A stretch of 63,986 bases of DNA, the filler included, from Dimargaris cristalligena (taxonomy: Eukaryota), in NCBI GenBank assembly GCA_003614675.1. It is 9 parts of 9 records of this genome, joined end to end, with 100 filler letters (N's around TTAATTAATTAA, not from the genome) between each part and the next. Parts side by side here need not be neighbours in the genome. Positions count along the whole stretch, not along the records: positions 21,743 to 28,884 come from ML003450.1; positions 28,985 to 36,124 come from ML003451.1; 7 more parts are not named here. The stretch is one strand, 5' to 3'. The notes beneath the pieces were generated by a model. The model was given only the letters and a program-made list of their open reading frames with translations. It was not told where the DNA came from and made no database searches. Made by a program: the position numbers and the translations under genes. This document shows, piece after piece, positions 23,544 through 35,536 of this stretch (position 1 is its first letter; each line of letters starts with the position of its first letter).

Positions 23544-24460
23544 TTAAATTTTATAAAGCATTAAAGGATACATATAAAAAAGAACTATTGATCATAATAA
23601 AAACATTAAATTAACTCAAATATATATTCTAGGGCTTCCAGAACTATGAAATCTCAAAGTACAATTTAATCTATATCTAATAATAAAAATATTAATAAAT
23701 ATAACTACCTCTTCAACCTTATAAGAATAAGTACAAAGAATTAAACCATTATCATCTTTCATACCATCGTCCATAATCCAATGAATTAAAATAAGTAGTG
23801 TAAGTAAATTATAGATATCAAAAGGTATAATTTTAACACAATTAACATAAAATAAAATATGAAGTTAAGTAAAACAAGATAAAGAACGAATACTTAGATC
23901 AAACCCATATGTTGGTTTTTCAAAAAGATATTTAGTTATAAATTGAGGATAAGAAGAATAATAAAGGGAAAGAATTAAAAAGACATACCAAAGATATTCA
24001 AAATGGGCAAGTGACTGAGTAAATCATAATCTTGCATTTTTATTTTTAAAACTTAAGATTTGGATTCATGCATCACTTAAAATTAATCCAACAACAACCC
24101 TCAGAATATATGGAGGTAATTGGATTAAAGATTTAATTTTGAGAGAGAATTTACCTAATCCAACCGAAGAACCTAAAGAACCATAAGATCCCCAAAGGAC
24201 TAATATTGTACAATTAACCTTGGGTTGAAGCTCACTAAAGTGAATGTAAGAAGATTTTTTTTTATAAAAAAAAATTTTTTCTGATTCAAATGGGGTAACA
24301 GAGAAGAAAAAATTTTTATAAAACTGATAAAAAAAATTGCTCTCTGAATAGTTACTCTAGACACCCCTAATGCTTTACTACATTCAACAAAAAAAGAAAA
24401 TTGAAAAAAATTACCAGTTTTAGTATAAACAAAAACTTTAATACGACGTTTTGTAGTTAA
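23544..24460 (-). pseudogene. Homing endonuclease pseudogene: NUMOD1 plus double-motif LAGLIDADG (I-SceI type)
   Basis: KVFVYTK...ECSKALGVSRVTIQRAI (NUMOD1), VVGLILSDA and LIHWIMDDG motifs, ending MLYKI*; four TGA and one TAA in frame. Confidence 0.85.
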
Positions 24461-24732
24461 AGTTTAAAATGTAATGAACCAAAGATTAAAATTGAAAGTA
24501 AATAATGGTTTAGGAATTTAAAAAAAAGGAAAAGAATTTTTAATATAATTTATAGTAATCATAATTTAAATAAATAATCAGTAATACTAGCTCATTAATA
24601 TAAATACAAGGCCTATAAATAGATAATAATATTTTAAATGAAAACATTTTTTTTAATTCAAGCTCACTCTAAAAAAATATATAAAAAACTAATTAAAAAT
24701 AGAATTTAAAAAAGAGGGAGGGGGGGGAATTT

Positions 24733-26285
24733 AGAAAGGAGAAAATAATTCAGCGACAGTTTCCACTACCGCTACTGGTTACGACTTCGATCAAGTTATG
24801 AATGAATAATCATTAAAGTATAATTAAAAAAAAACACATTATGAAAAGACTTAAGTAACATGAAATTCATGGCTTAAGACCCTCACTGCAAAGCAGTTCG
24901 TGATAATGAGAATAAATTAACAATAACTTTAATTTCTTGCATCATTCATTTCCCGACCGTGACGGGCGATTAGTACATCTTCCAGATAAAATTTCACCGT
25001 AGCATTGTGATCTACGATTACTAGCAATTCCAACTTCAGGAACCCGAGTTTCAGAGTTCCATTAGTACAAAGTTGAATTTAAAGATTAACTTAGATTTAC
25101 ACCTTTGTATCTTTTTGTATCAACTAATGTGGCACGTCTGTAGCCCAATTCATTAGGGTCATGAGGACTTGTCTTAGTCCCTAAAACACCAATTTATAAT
25201 TGATGACGTATAGAATAATATAACAATACGTAGGGGTTTTGTTCGTTAGCGGACTTAACCTAAAATTTCACAACAAGAACTGAGGACAGCCATGCAACGC
25301 CTGTAAATAAAAAAATTTATTCAAGAATTGGTAAGATTATTTGGGGATCATCAAATTAAACAACATGCTTCACTGCTGGTATGAAAGACCGTCTATTCTT
25401 TTGGGTTTTAATCTTGCGATCGTACTTCCCAGGTGGAGTGTGAACCCCCATAGGGGATTTACAAAGTAAATCATTTACACTCATAGTTTAGGGTGTGGAC
25501 TACAAGGGTATCTAATCCTTTTTGCTACCCACACTTTCGTATCTTAGCGTCAGTAATTGAAAAAAAAATTCAATTCAGAAAGAAGCCTTCGCATTTGGAG
25601 TTCCTTCAAATATCTTTAGATATCATCCTTCCATTTGAAATTCCTCTTTCTTGTATATTACTCTAGTCTTGTAACCAACGAATAATTTATCCAGATATTA
25701 TATACCTGTTCATTTATTCTTTAAATAAAGACCGCCTACATACCCTTTACACCCATTAAAGATGAATGACGCTTATCCTTCTCGTATTACCGCGACTGCT
25801 GGCACGAAATTAGTCAGGATTAATAGAAAAGTAATGTCATTATCTTCCTTTTCTTTAGAGTTATATAACATTTTGCCTTCTCACTCTTCTATTTAGCTGG
25901 ATCAACCTTTCGGTCATTGTCCAAGATTCCTCACTGCTGACCAAGTACAAAAGACTGGTATGGCCATTCTTTCATGACCATTGTGGCCGATCATTCTCTC
26001 AAACCGGCTATAGATTATTGGCTACGTAAGCCATTACCTTACGCATAACCTAATCTAATGTAAGCACATCCATAGGCGGAATTAATAATATGAAACCAAA
26101 ACTTTGTTCCGGCTTTTTTATAATCCTTTTTTTTTTATAAGCTATTTTATAACTTTCCTATGGGTTGCATTCTTACTTATCCTCACCCGTTCGCCATGAA
26201 GGATTATTTACCTCATTCGACTTGCATGTGTAAAGCTAATAGAAAGCGTCCACTCGGAGCCAAGATTAAACTCTTATAATAAAAA
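24733..26285 (-). rRNA. rns: Mitochondrial small-subunit rRNA
   Basis: AGAGTTTAATCTTGGCTC at the 5' end, GTGCCAGCAGTCGCGGTAATAC, ATTAGATACCC, AAGTCGTAAC and the terminal GGAA helix; ends approximate. Confidence 0.97.
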
Positions 26286-27088
26286 ATTAAAAAAAAGTTT
26301 TTAACTTTAAATAATTAAATTTTATTTTCAATCTCATAATAAACGATATTATCGTTTTTTTTTATTAACATTTTAAAATACTTATAAAATATTTAAAAAT
26401 TCATACTAAAGCGTTATATTAAAATTTTTTTCATTTAATTTCTAGCTTATAGCGTTAAATTTGATATTTTAAAAAATACATTAAAAATATGTTTTAATTT
26501 AATTTATATTCAAATTTTTTTTTAATATAAAGTAATAAAAATTAACGTTTTATTAAATAAAAATTATTAAAATAATTTTCACAAAGTAAATAAATAAACA
26601 TAAAATAAACACATCTTTAATATAATATCTATAAAACATCTAAAGATGTGAACTTATAAATTTTTTTATTTATAAAACTTAAATAACTTATCAAACATCA
26701 GCAAATTTTAATATTTAGGCTGAACCTTTATAAAAGATTTAAAAAATTGATAAATATATAATTAAGGTTCTCAACTTTTAGATACTAGATAGCTTTTTCA
26801 TTTTAACTCTTATCTTATAAGAGTGAAACTTTATAATATTTTTCACAAAATTTCCACATCTAGCCTATCAAACCAATAATCTATTGGTTGTTTATAAGGA
26901 ATAGTTTATAATTAGGTTTCCTACTTTAGATGCTTTCAGTAGTTATCCTGTCCTAACGTGGCTTTTCTGCCATGCTTTTTAAGAAAACAACAGATAAACT
27001 ATAGGTTAGTACAATTCATTCCTCTCGTACAAGAATCATCTATTATTCCTATTCCTATTCCATTAGTAGATAGGGTCCGTACTGACTT

Positions 27089-28479
27089 CAAATATACCTC
27101 ACCTTTACAGGTAGGTTTGGACTTTATCTTTTTATAATTACATAAAGCCTCTGAGAAATACATTTTAAAAATATATTGTATTCCTGCTAATTACCGGATA
27201 AAAAAATTTAATCACAAGTATTTAAGCATAGAGTAATTTTACGACGCCAGTCAAATACGGAATATCTATAATGGGAGCCCTTAAAGAGCTTCGTTTAACG
27301 AGGGATTATAAAGCAGAAAGATAAGAGGGGGAAGAATAACGAAAAAAAAAAAATTAATTAATTTTATTTCTGCTAAATAATAAGTTATTAAAAGGAATAT
27401 TATGCTTTAAACAACGACCCATCGTAGTCTTAGAGACATTATATTTATTACGAGCATCAATAACTCGATCCAATTTTTCAATAAATTCTAAAGATTTAGC
27501 ATTATAAATCCATACTTCTGTATTTTTAGATTTTTTTACAGAAGGATTAACAATAGAAACAGGTGACCATTTTTTTTGTAATTCAATGGTTAATGAAGAT
27601 TTAAAAAATAAATATTTATTTTTATAAAGTTGACCAGAATTAAGATGAGCTTGAAGATCTGCGAGATAAATATTCAATTGACGAGCTGTTTCTTTAATAC
27701 CTAAAATTATTAATTCAGAACCAATGACAATTTTATTGTTTTCAACAGTATAAACATATACTATCGAACTTTTAGCTTGTCGTTGATCTTCTGAAATAGG
27801 TCCTCTTGAAGGACTACCAACAACTAAACTTCTATTATATGTAGGAATTAAAAGCATCCAAAATTGCTCACGACTTTTTAAAAAATTTAAATCAAAAGGC
27901 TCTTCACAGATTTCAAGGATAATAAGATTCCAATATTGTTTAGAATATTGCAACATATCAGAAGCTACATCCATACTAACTTTAAAACTAGAAAGTTCTT
28001 TATTTAATCGACTTGATTGATAATAATCAACTAATCGACTATCTTTACCACCTGAAAAATTTTTAGCAGAACCGATATAAAATTTACCAGTTTTTTTACA
28101 CCACCATAAATAAATACCTCCAATATTCTTCAATTCTTTACGTAATAATTTTTCATTTAAATCACAATTTTTATAAATTTTGAATATTGGTTTTAAATTA
28201 TATTGATTAATTAAAGTATTTATTCGGTTAATTAAAATATCAAAAGAAATAGGAAATTTAATTCTATTGCTAATCGGAAATAATTGATAAATTTTAGAAC
28301 TATTTTTAGGAATATATTGAGTTACTAAAGCTGTAATTTCATTTTTGTTAAAATTCATTATAATAAATGAAAAATATAATATAGAGGAAACTAAAAACAC
28401 TCTATTGAATGTCTAGTAATAAAAATATAAATAAAAATTTATATAGAATTGAGATTAAGTAAATAATTAAAATATATAG
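27089..28479 (-). mobile_element. Group I intron in rnl at the position equivalent to E. coli L2596
   Basis: 5' exon ends GACGT, intron ends G, 3' exon starts AAGTCAG. Core elements P ATGCTTAAA, Q ATTAGCAGG, R CTCAGAGGCTTTA, S AAGATAAAGTCC. Confidence 0.9.
27354..28358 (-). CDS. Intron-encoded GIY-YIG homing endonuclease with NUMOD1-like C-terminus
   Basis: GGIYLWWCKKTGKFYIGSA...RL..Y...REQFW...YN; ORF intact, first ATG at 28358. Confidence 0.92.
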   Translation of the reverse strand: MNFNKNEITALVTQYIPKNSSKIYQLFPISNRIKFPISFDILINRINTLINQYNLKPIFKIYKNCDLNEKLLRKELKNIGGIYLWWCKKTGKFYIGSAKNFSGGKDSRLVDYYQSSRLNKELSSFKVSMDVASDMLQYSKQYWNLIILEICEEPFDLNFLKSREQFWMLLIPTYNRSLVVGSPSRGPISEDQRQAKSSIVYVYTVENNKIVIGSELIILGIKETARQLNIYLADLQAHLNSGQLYKNKYLFFKSSLTIELQKKWSPVSIVNPSVKKSKNTEVWIYNAKSLEFIEKLDRVIDARNKYNVSKTTMGRCLKHNIPFNNLLFSRNKIN

Positions 28480-28575
28480 ACGTCGTACTTAACCCAACTC
28501 ACGTACCTTTTTACTCGGCGAACAGCCGAACCCTTCGCACCTACTACAGCACGAGGATAAGATGAGTCGACATCG

Positions 28576-28884
28576 TTCTTATGTTAACCATACTTTTAGA
28601 GTATGGGACAGATCATATAATAGTCTTTATAAATAATTAGACTTAGACGTATGATCGTTGAGGTAACTTAATAAATAAGTTCCTGCTGATCAATATAAAA
28701 GAAATAGATTAATAACTTTCATAAAGATTTCAGCATAAAGTCTGTTGAAAAGATACTTTTCAATATCTTTACCCCGATTTGTAAATTAAATTTTATTACA
28801 ATTTAAAACCAATTTATTAAAATATAATATAGTTATGTTTGAAATTTTTTAATGATTTATCATAAAAATACGAAATATTTTCCC
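28576..28884 (-). mobile_element. 3' part of a group I (IA-like) intron in rnl near L2500; 5' end off contig
   Basis: P ATGCTGAAA, Q TCAGCAGGA, R CTCAACGATCATA, S TATATGATC, and P9 hairpin CCATACT...AGTATGG. Confidence 0.85.
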
Positions 28885-30814
28885 NNNNNNNNNNNNNNNN
28901 NNNNNNNNNNNNNNNNNNNNNNNNNNNNTTAATTAATTAANNNNNNNNNNNNNNNNNNNNNNNNNNNNNNNNNNNNNNNNNNNNCTTTGAACAGGGGTGC
29001 AGTCGGGCCAGGGGCAGTATGAATGCAGGGGTATCATCCGGTCAGGGGCAGGGGCTCATTTACTCATCAGGGGCATACTTCCAATAAGTGCGAAAAATGG
29101 ATTAAAAATAAAAGTAGGTAAAAAATGTGGTAGGTTCACCACACTCCCCATTCCCTTTCCAAAGTACCAGAGGCTTTAAACAGATAATGAGCTAGTACTC
29201 TGGGTAACATACTTCAATACTAATGTGATTCTGTGTTATTAATGAAATGTTCACTTAGTATCAATGGCTTAGTTTTCAGTTTTGTGAATGAGGCCCTTTA
29301 AGTCAGGTCAGTAAAGTTAGTGATTGAGCATTTAAACATTTAGTCCTAAACTAAGTTAATCATACAGATATTAGCCATACTTATTACAGACTTAAAAGTA
29401 AAAGTAGAAGTAGAAGTAAAAGCAATAGAAATAGAAATATAACCTAAGGATTAGACCAAGAGTGTCCTGCAGAGATATTTGAGTGCTTTACTAAAACAAT
29501 CACCTTAGTGCAATTCTTGGTTTATCTGTCCTTATAATTTACACAGTTGGCCAGCAGCCAACATTAGCATTGTATTTTACACTTTGTTCAGTTACTAATG
29601 TGAATATAAAAGCTCTTAGTACTTCCCCATTTATTTGTCACTTGGCAACCTATTCTGGATGGTCAGTTAATTTGGCCAGTAGCCCTGGTCTGCACCTGTA
29701 CACAAATCACTTACCCATAATATGGCAAGAAATAAGTGTATATATCTATTATAATAATAAACTATTAGCCTATGGGTGTTAACAGACACCAATTCATGAT
29801 GAGCTGGTTTATCAAACCATACAGTTAGAGGAATACATTTAACACAGCAAAGTCTGAGTCTATTGAGAGAAAACAAAAGATATGGAATGCTGGGTTGCCT
29901 TTCTGGCTCCAAAAGAATGTATATTTAACCAATGTACACAAGTCTATAATGTGCCCGAACCTCCTCCCAGTGGGAGTAGTCGGGCTTGGGCAGGTTGAAC
30001 AAGCCCCTGAACTTTCTCTTGGGCATTGTTCTTCGAGTTTCCATGTAGTCTGCCTGGCAATTCTTGCTTGTTCAGTAGGTGCTGGTAGGTTTCTCTTGTA
30101 AAACGGTACATTCGGCCAGCAGCAGGGCCGGTACGATGTACAGCAGGATGGAGGATGCCCCCCGTCATTGGCTATCAATTTGGCATTTTACGTTACAACA
30201 CACCATAATTACATCTCGGTCTCAACAACCACCCCGACTCTTTTTAAAGAACGTCCTCGGTGGACGCGGAATAATAACAATCATCATCACCCACAACAAC
30301 ACACACCATACTCACAATTCCTTTACTTGTTTACTTACTTTTATCTATCTTATTTACACACCTCGAATAAACCTTCGTCTTAACACCAACATTGCTGTTG
30401 AAGGAAGTAAGGTTTCCTCTTAACTCCTATATCGTTACAACCAAACTCAGTCGCCTTGCCCCCTCTTGCTCTAGGAGACTCTTTCCCACTCTTACGTCTT
30501 TTATAATCAACCATTCATATACTTATATATTTATATCCCCAATTCAATATAGCGATACGTAACACTCTCTTGGACGCATGCCTTCAGCCGGACCAACCAG
30601 ACCTCCTCTAGCCCACTACTCATCCGCCATTCCCTAGTCGGACCGAAAGTCCAGGAGGGGTGGGTAGTGAATCAGCCCAACAGCGAGATCAGCCGGGGCA
30701 GATGTTACCCAGTGTTAGAGTACTAACCAATAGAAATCCCACTATGGGAGATATATAGCGAATCAATAGCTAATCAATAAAGGTTGGTCTTTTTCTTCTC
30801 TCTTAATTGATTTA

Positions 30815-32242
30815 ATGCTAACACCCAGCCTTGAGTCTGAGAATGCCCTTCCAGGGCCCTCAGTTCCCAGCTCCCATTCACCCCAATCCACACCAGGATT
30901 AGGGCTTTTGCGCTGGCTGTTCCACCCCGCGCAGGAGCCCTTGGCCCGGCGAATTGTGAGGCAGCTTTCTAACCGAGACCAGCTCAGCTTGGCTGCTACA
31001 TGCCACTCACTCCGCTGTTTAGTGGAATTTGTCTACCGGCTGGACGTATCCCTCGATTATTTAACCAGCGACGACGAGTTTCCCGGCTTGTCTCGCGTTA
31101 TAAAGCATAGAGGTGATACGATTCGATCCTTACGTGCCAATATATACGACTATCCGGAATACGCTACATTTCAAAACGACTGGAAAAGAGTCGTTGGCTT
31201 AGCCCCGCGCCTGGACTCCATATCCCTAAGCGGAGGGACCATCGACGATTGGCCTCGTATAGCCCGGAGTTTAACCGATTTTCCCCGCACGCCTCGAAGT
31301 CTGAACCTTGATTTTACATTTGCCACATTTTTTGATGATGACGACTATATCGCATCGCTCATCAACGACGGTATGCCAGACCTAACATGTCATCAGCTGG
31401 GTGGTATTCGGAGCCTGTATCTTATTACCAATAGCCAGACCAATACGGCGGAAATCCTTGCTATAATCTCACCGCTGTTACCCGGACTCCGGAGGTTGGA
31501 GATTACCACAGATATACCCGACCCCCATTTGTACCGTGAGCTGGTGACCCAGTTCCCCCGAGTGACTCACTTGAGCATTTCCCCCATCAAGTGCGACTGC
31601 AGTATTTTATTCCCCCCGAATCAGCCTATATTCCGTAATCTGGTCTGTCTAGAGCTCCGCTGTGTATATGAGCATTCTAGCCTGGGCGCCTTGGCCTCCT
31701 TGAAAGCAACCGACTAACCTAATTTAACACACTTCGACTTGAACATCGGCGATTATTTATTTAGTACTGACAGTTGGGGGGGGGGGGGAGCCTATGCCAT
31801 GAATATGGTGAGCCGGCCCTGGCCGCGACTGACTTCCCTCACGCTTCGTTTTTGTGACCTCAGTGACGATTTCGGGACACTTATTGTTGAAAACCTGCCC
31901 AAGCTAAACTATCTTAGGCTCTCGGCATGTCCTACCACCGCGAAGGCTCTCCATGATATTATCAATGGCTGCCCGAATCTATATACCTTTGCTTCATCCG
32001 TGGACAGGGAAGGCCGGCAGCTGCTTACCTCCGGCAGGATTGGCAGCGAGGTGCTGATGCGCTTGGAACTTAGTGCGGGGTTTAGTTGGTGTGATATACA
32101 ATCGATTGTTAACCACTACCCCAATCCCCGAGAACTGTACGCTGGTGCTGGCGGGGTGGATTGGCGCGACAGTTTTTGCCGAAAATATCCCGGTATTCAT
32201 CTGTTTAATGGTGCAGATACTTACTGCGGAATGGATATCTAG
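30815..32242 (+). pseudogene. F-box / RNI-like leucine-rich-repeat protein with one in-frame TAA (31715-31717)
   Basis: F-box-like EPLARRIVRQLSNRDQLSLAATCHSLR and repeats LPGLRRLEI, FPRVTHLSI, FRNLVCLEL, WPRLTSLTL, LPKLNYLRL, CPNLYTF; the two ORFs share a frame. Confidence 0.8.
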
Positions 32243-33265
32243 TAGTTTGGGCCTTTAAAATATGGTATGGTTGAGGTATTTCAAGGGTTAAAATTGCTGG
32301 GCGTTTGACGCTTTACAGTTGCATTGCCATTTATATATAGACCAATGTCTTACCTATACCTTATTTACACCTGCACTCCCTCTTCCTCGAGCTGTTTCGG
32401 CTATTTTATCATACCCACCCTGGTGCAATCTAGCATTGTCGATTTCTGTAACGTCGACATCTTGTCACTTGTCATAATAGGGTTTAGCATGGCTATCAGT
32501 TCCATTGGTTTCTCGCATTTACTATTCCCACTAAGCATACGGCATCCTATACTGTATACTTCATTACTGCTTTTCTATGGTATACTTGAGTAATACTATT
32601 ATATATCATTATTAAACCAGTACGTAATTTGATGTCGCACCGTCAAGCCAACATATAAAGCCAGGGTGCAGGTTGCACCATCATAAGCATACCAACTTGG
32701 ATATCCACATACGGCCACTATAGGTGTACAATTGGACGGCAGACCAGAATCACAGAATCATTGAGCTACACTACTATGTCAGCCCCTATAATCCAAAGAT
32801 GGTTAAAATTGGAGGAGGCTAGATTCGAGAACACCTATATATATATATATATCAGTTTAGCCCCCCCTCTCCCCCGTTTCCTTCGCATACACCTATCTAT
32901 TTTGGCAACATAATCCCAATTTATATCCCCCCAGTTATTGTACATCCAAACGTGGAACCTCAGCTAGTCTTAATTGGACTGCATTTACCTATTCTTCCCT
33001 TCGTGTTTTTTTAAAAAAAATTATCGTTTGTACTAGTCAGCAATATAATTATTCCATTTGGATATTCGCTGCCAGTATTCAGTTAGGAGTCCTTTTCTAG
33101 GCGGCTATCTGATAATTATATTTCCATTTACTTCACCCTCTCACCATATTAACTTAAAGTAAAGGACCGACTGCCCTCAGTTAACCCCAACGCCACACCA
33201 ACGTGAATAAGCAGCGAATCCCTCATTAATTTTATACAATTTTATTACTATTTTAGCTGTTCACC

Positions 33266-34650
33266 ATGTTTTACTTTCGAGTAATTTTTCTACTATGCAT
33301 AGTGGCTAATTTAGCCATTGCCCGTCCCACAGTCATTGAGCAGGAAAGCCCACTCCAACCATTTGCACAAGCTATGGAGATGACTTACCGAATGCTTGAG
33401 CAGTTCTTTAGCGTAAAGTTCTATAATAGTGCCGCCGAACCTAAGCCACTGACACTGGGTGACCTTGAAAAGCTTTGCTTGACTTCGGTAAGTGGTTAGT
33501 CAATTACAGATATCCGACATTCACTACCCCTAACTACCAGTATAGCGTATTATACGCGACGCCCTCTACAGCCGTCATCTATTTACAAACTGTATTATGT
33601 AACTTACACTTGCCTTTTATTGACTATTTACCGATATTTTAACCACCGAATTGGCATTTACAGAGCTCCCCGTCCCACGGTACACCGTCCGAGGGAAAAC
33701 AGCTAAACTGTGCCCTAGTGGAGATTTCGAAACGGGGGGGCACCTACCAGGTGGAGGACTATTTTCGCCGACACGTTCGCACCGCCAACATCGTGCAAAT
33801 GCGCCATTTCCTAAGTCCGTACTTTGAGTCCGCGTTTCGGCGGTACTACCAGGTAGTTCCCACTGTACCTAACCTCTTCGGGAACGACGACGGCTCATCG
33901 CTCGGCCTCGACTACGATTACGACGAGCGGGACCAATTTGATGCCCACCCGCTGCTCAGCGCACTGAAAAATGGGGGCCTCGTCCAGGTGCAAAACATCT
34001 GGCTGGCCCTGGACGATTTATTGAACCGCAAGTCCCGGTCCATTACGCCAGCTCAACTCCAATTACTCTACGAGCGCCCGTCCCTGTATTTCCGCCCCAC
34101 GGGCCAACAACAGTTAATTGCGGGAAACAACGCCCCGATGGTAGACGGACAGCCATCACCACCACCGCTGGCCGCAGGTAGGACGAACCAGGTCAACCTA
34201 GACTTTCTGCGGGCGGTCTGGCAACGCACCCAGAAACACATTATCCAATGCGCCCTCGAACTCGACCTGGCCGATGCCGTGGAGGAATTCGCGGATTTAC
34301 TGGAGGAGTCCTACGGCATTTTGGAACCCTTTCGGCTCCGCCTCATTGTGCGGGCCTTTGAACTCAACCGGACGCGCACCCAAGCACTCGCCCTACAATA
34401 CTGGCGGGACTTGAGCCCCGACCGACGGGCGTTATTGGAACTCTGCGCGGAGGTGAAAAACTACCGTACTACTTGGACCCGGCTGCGCAGCGAAGCCCAA
34501 ACCTGGGGGAGTAAACTGGCTTCCCGGGCAATGGGGCTGCTCTATACCACGCCTCCGGCGGTTCCGCGGTCGTTTGGGCAGGCTGAGCACCAGCGCTGTG
34601 ACGCACTCTTCAATCCTCCTAGCATCGCTAGTAGTGCTCAGCGTTCATAG
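33266..34650 (+). CDS. Secreted protein of unknown function with a possible degenerate F-box; exons 33266-33487 and 33664-34650
   Basis: Signal peptide MFYFRVIFLLCIVANLAIA; phase-0 intron GTAAGT...TACAG joins in frame to the 310-aa ORF. Confidence 0.75.
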
Positions 34651-35536
34651 AATGAGGGAGGTTGTCCTACATGGCGGATATAATGACCAACCAGAATGGC
34701 AATATCCCCCCCCTCTCCCCCCACTCTTTCCACCTATCGGCCAAGAGATACCGGATGGCTGCTCATTGTCCACCCTCCCTTGTCGAGTTATTCCAAGAAT
34801 GGAGGGTTTCGGAATAGAGGGAATTGCCGTGACCAATGGCCCCGATTCCCGTTTAAAGCCACTATCCCCTCTCACACACACACATACACACCCACTCCTT
34901 CTCTTTCTCTCTCGTATGTTCCCCCTTTTAGTATGATGCGTTTCAGGCCGTACGGCTGATTAGTTTTTAGGCCACTTTCTATCGCCCGAATTTTCCACAC
35001 CAAAATAATAGTTAATTTTATAGTATAATTATGTACAGAGCTTCCTGTTTAATTATAGCGAAATACCTGTTCATTAAGTGTCTTGCATAATATATTTATT
35101 AGCAAATAAACTTACTCAATTAGCCGTTTTAGTTGGTTGACTGGCCCTAGTCTCATCAAGAAACCCTAAACCCGACGAGGCTCAACATAAAAAATCCCAG
35201 AAAGGCCCATATGAAACATCATATCGATCAAGAGCATCACTACATAGAATATTATGAAGGTGAACTCATCAAGCTGATACTACTGCAGTAGCAATAATTA
35301 GAAACTCGCATAAAATTAGAGAACTGAACCTAATATAAATTATTTAAAAAAAGTCAAGCCAAAGGCCCGACCGGTAATAAATTAGACAGGCCATTATACA
35401 GAGCATTGTCACTGAATATCTCAGGCAAGAAATAAAAATTGAAACACCTCGAAAGCTAAAACTGGGAATTAGTGTAGCGCTTGTTGAGTACACACACAAA
35501 AAAAAAACAATGAACCTCCCATGGTATCAACAATCA

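Larger units (their letters stand above)
26640..28575 (-). rRNA. rnl: Mitochondrial large-subunit rRNA, 3' part (exons 28575-28480 and 27088 to about 26640)
   Basis: Peptidyl-transferase region CGATGTCGACTCATC...GGCTGTTCGCC...GAGTTGGGTT, sarcin-ricin loop GTACGAGAGGAA and CTGAAAGCATCTAA. Confidence 0.95.

Noticed and set aside
23544-24300. TGA=Trp or U-to-C editing rescuing the LAGLIDADG ORF
   Set aside because: An in-frame TAA is also present, most TGAs fall at non-Trp positions, and intact ORFs use only TGG.
21743-28884. Mitochondrial DNA inserted among nuclear genes (NUMT) or a bacterial rRNA operon
   Set aside because: It is a separate contig bounded by linkers; the AT content, nad5 and group I introns indicate mtDNA. 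A recent NUMT cannot be fully excluded.
29000-30450. Short overlapping ORFs
   Set aside because: No recognisable motifs; probably decayed sequence.
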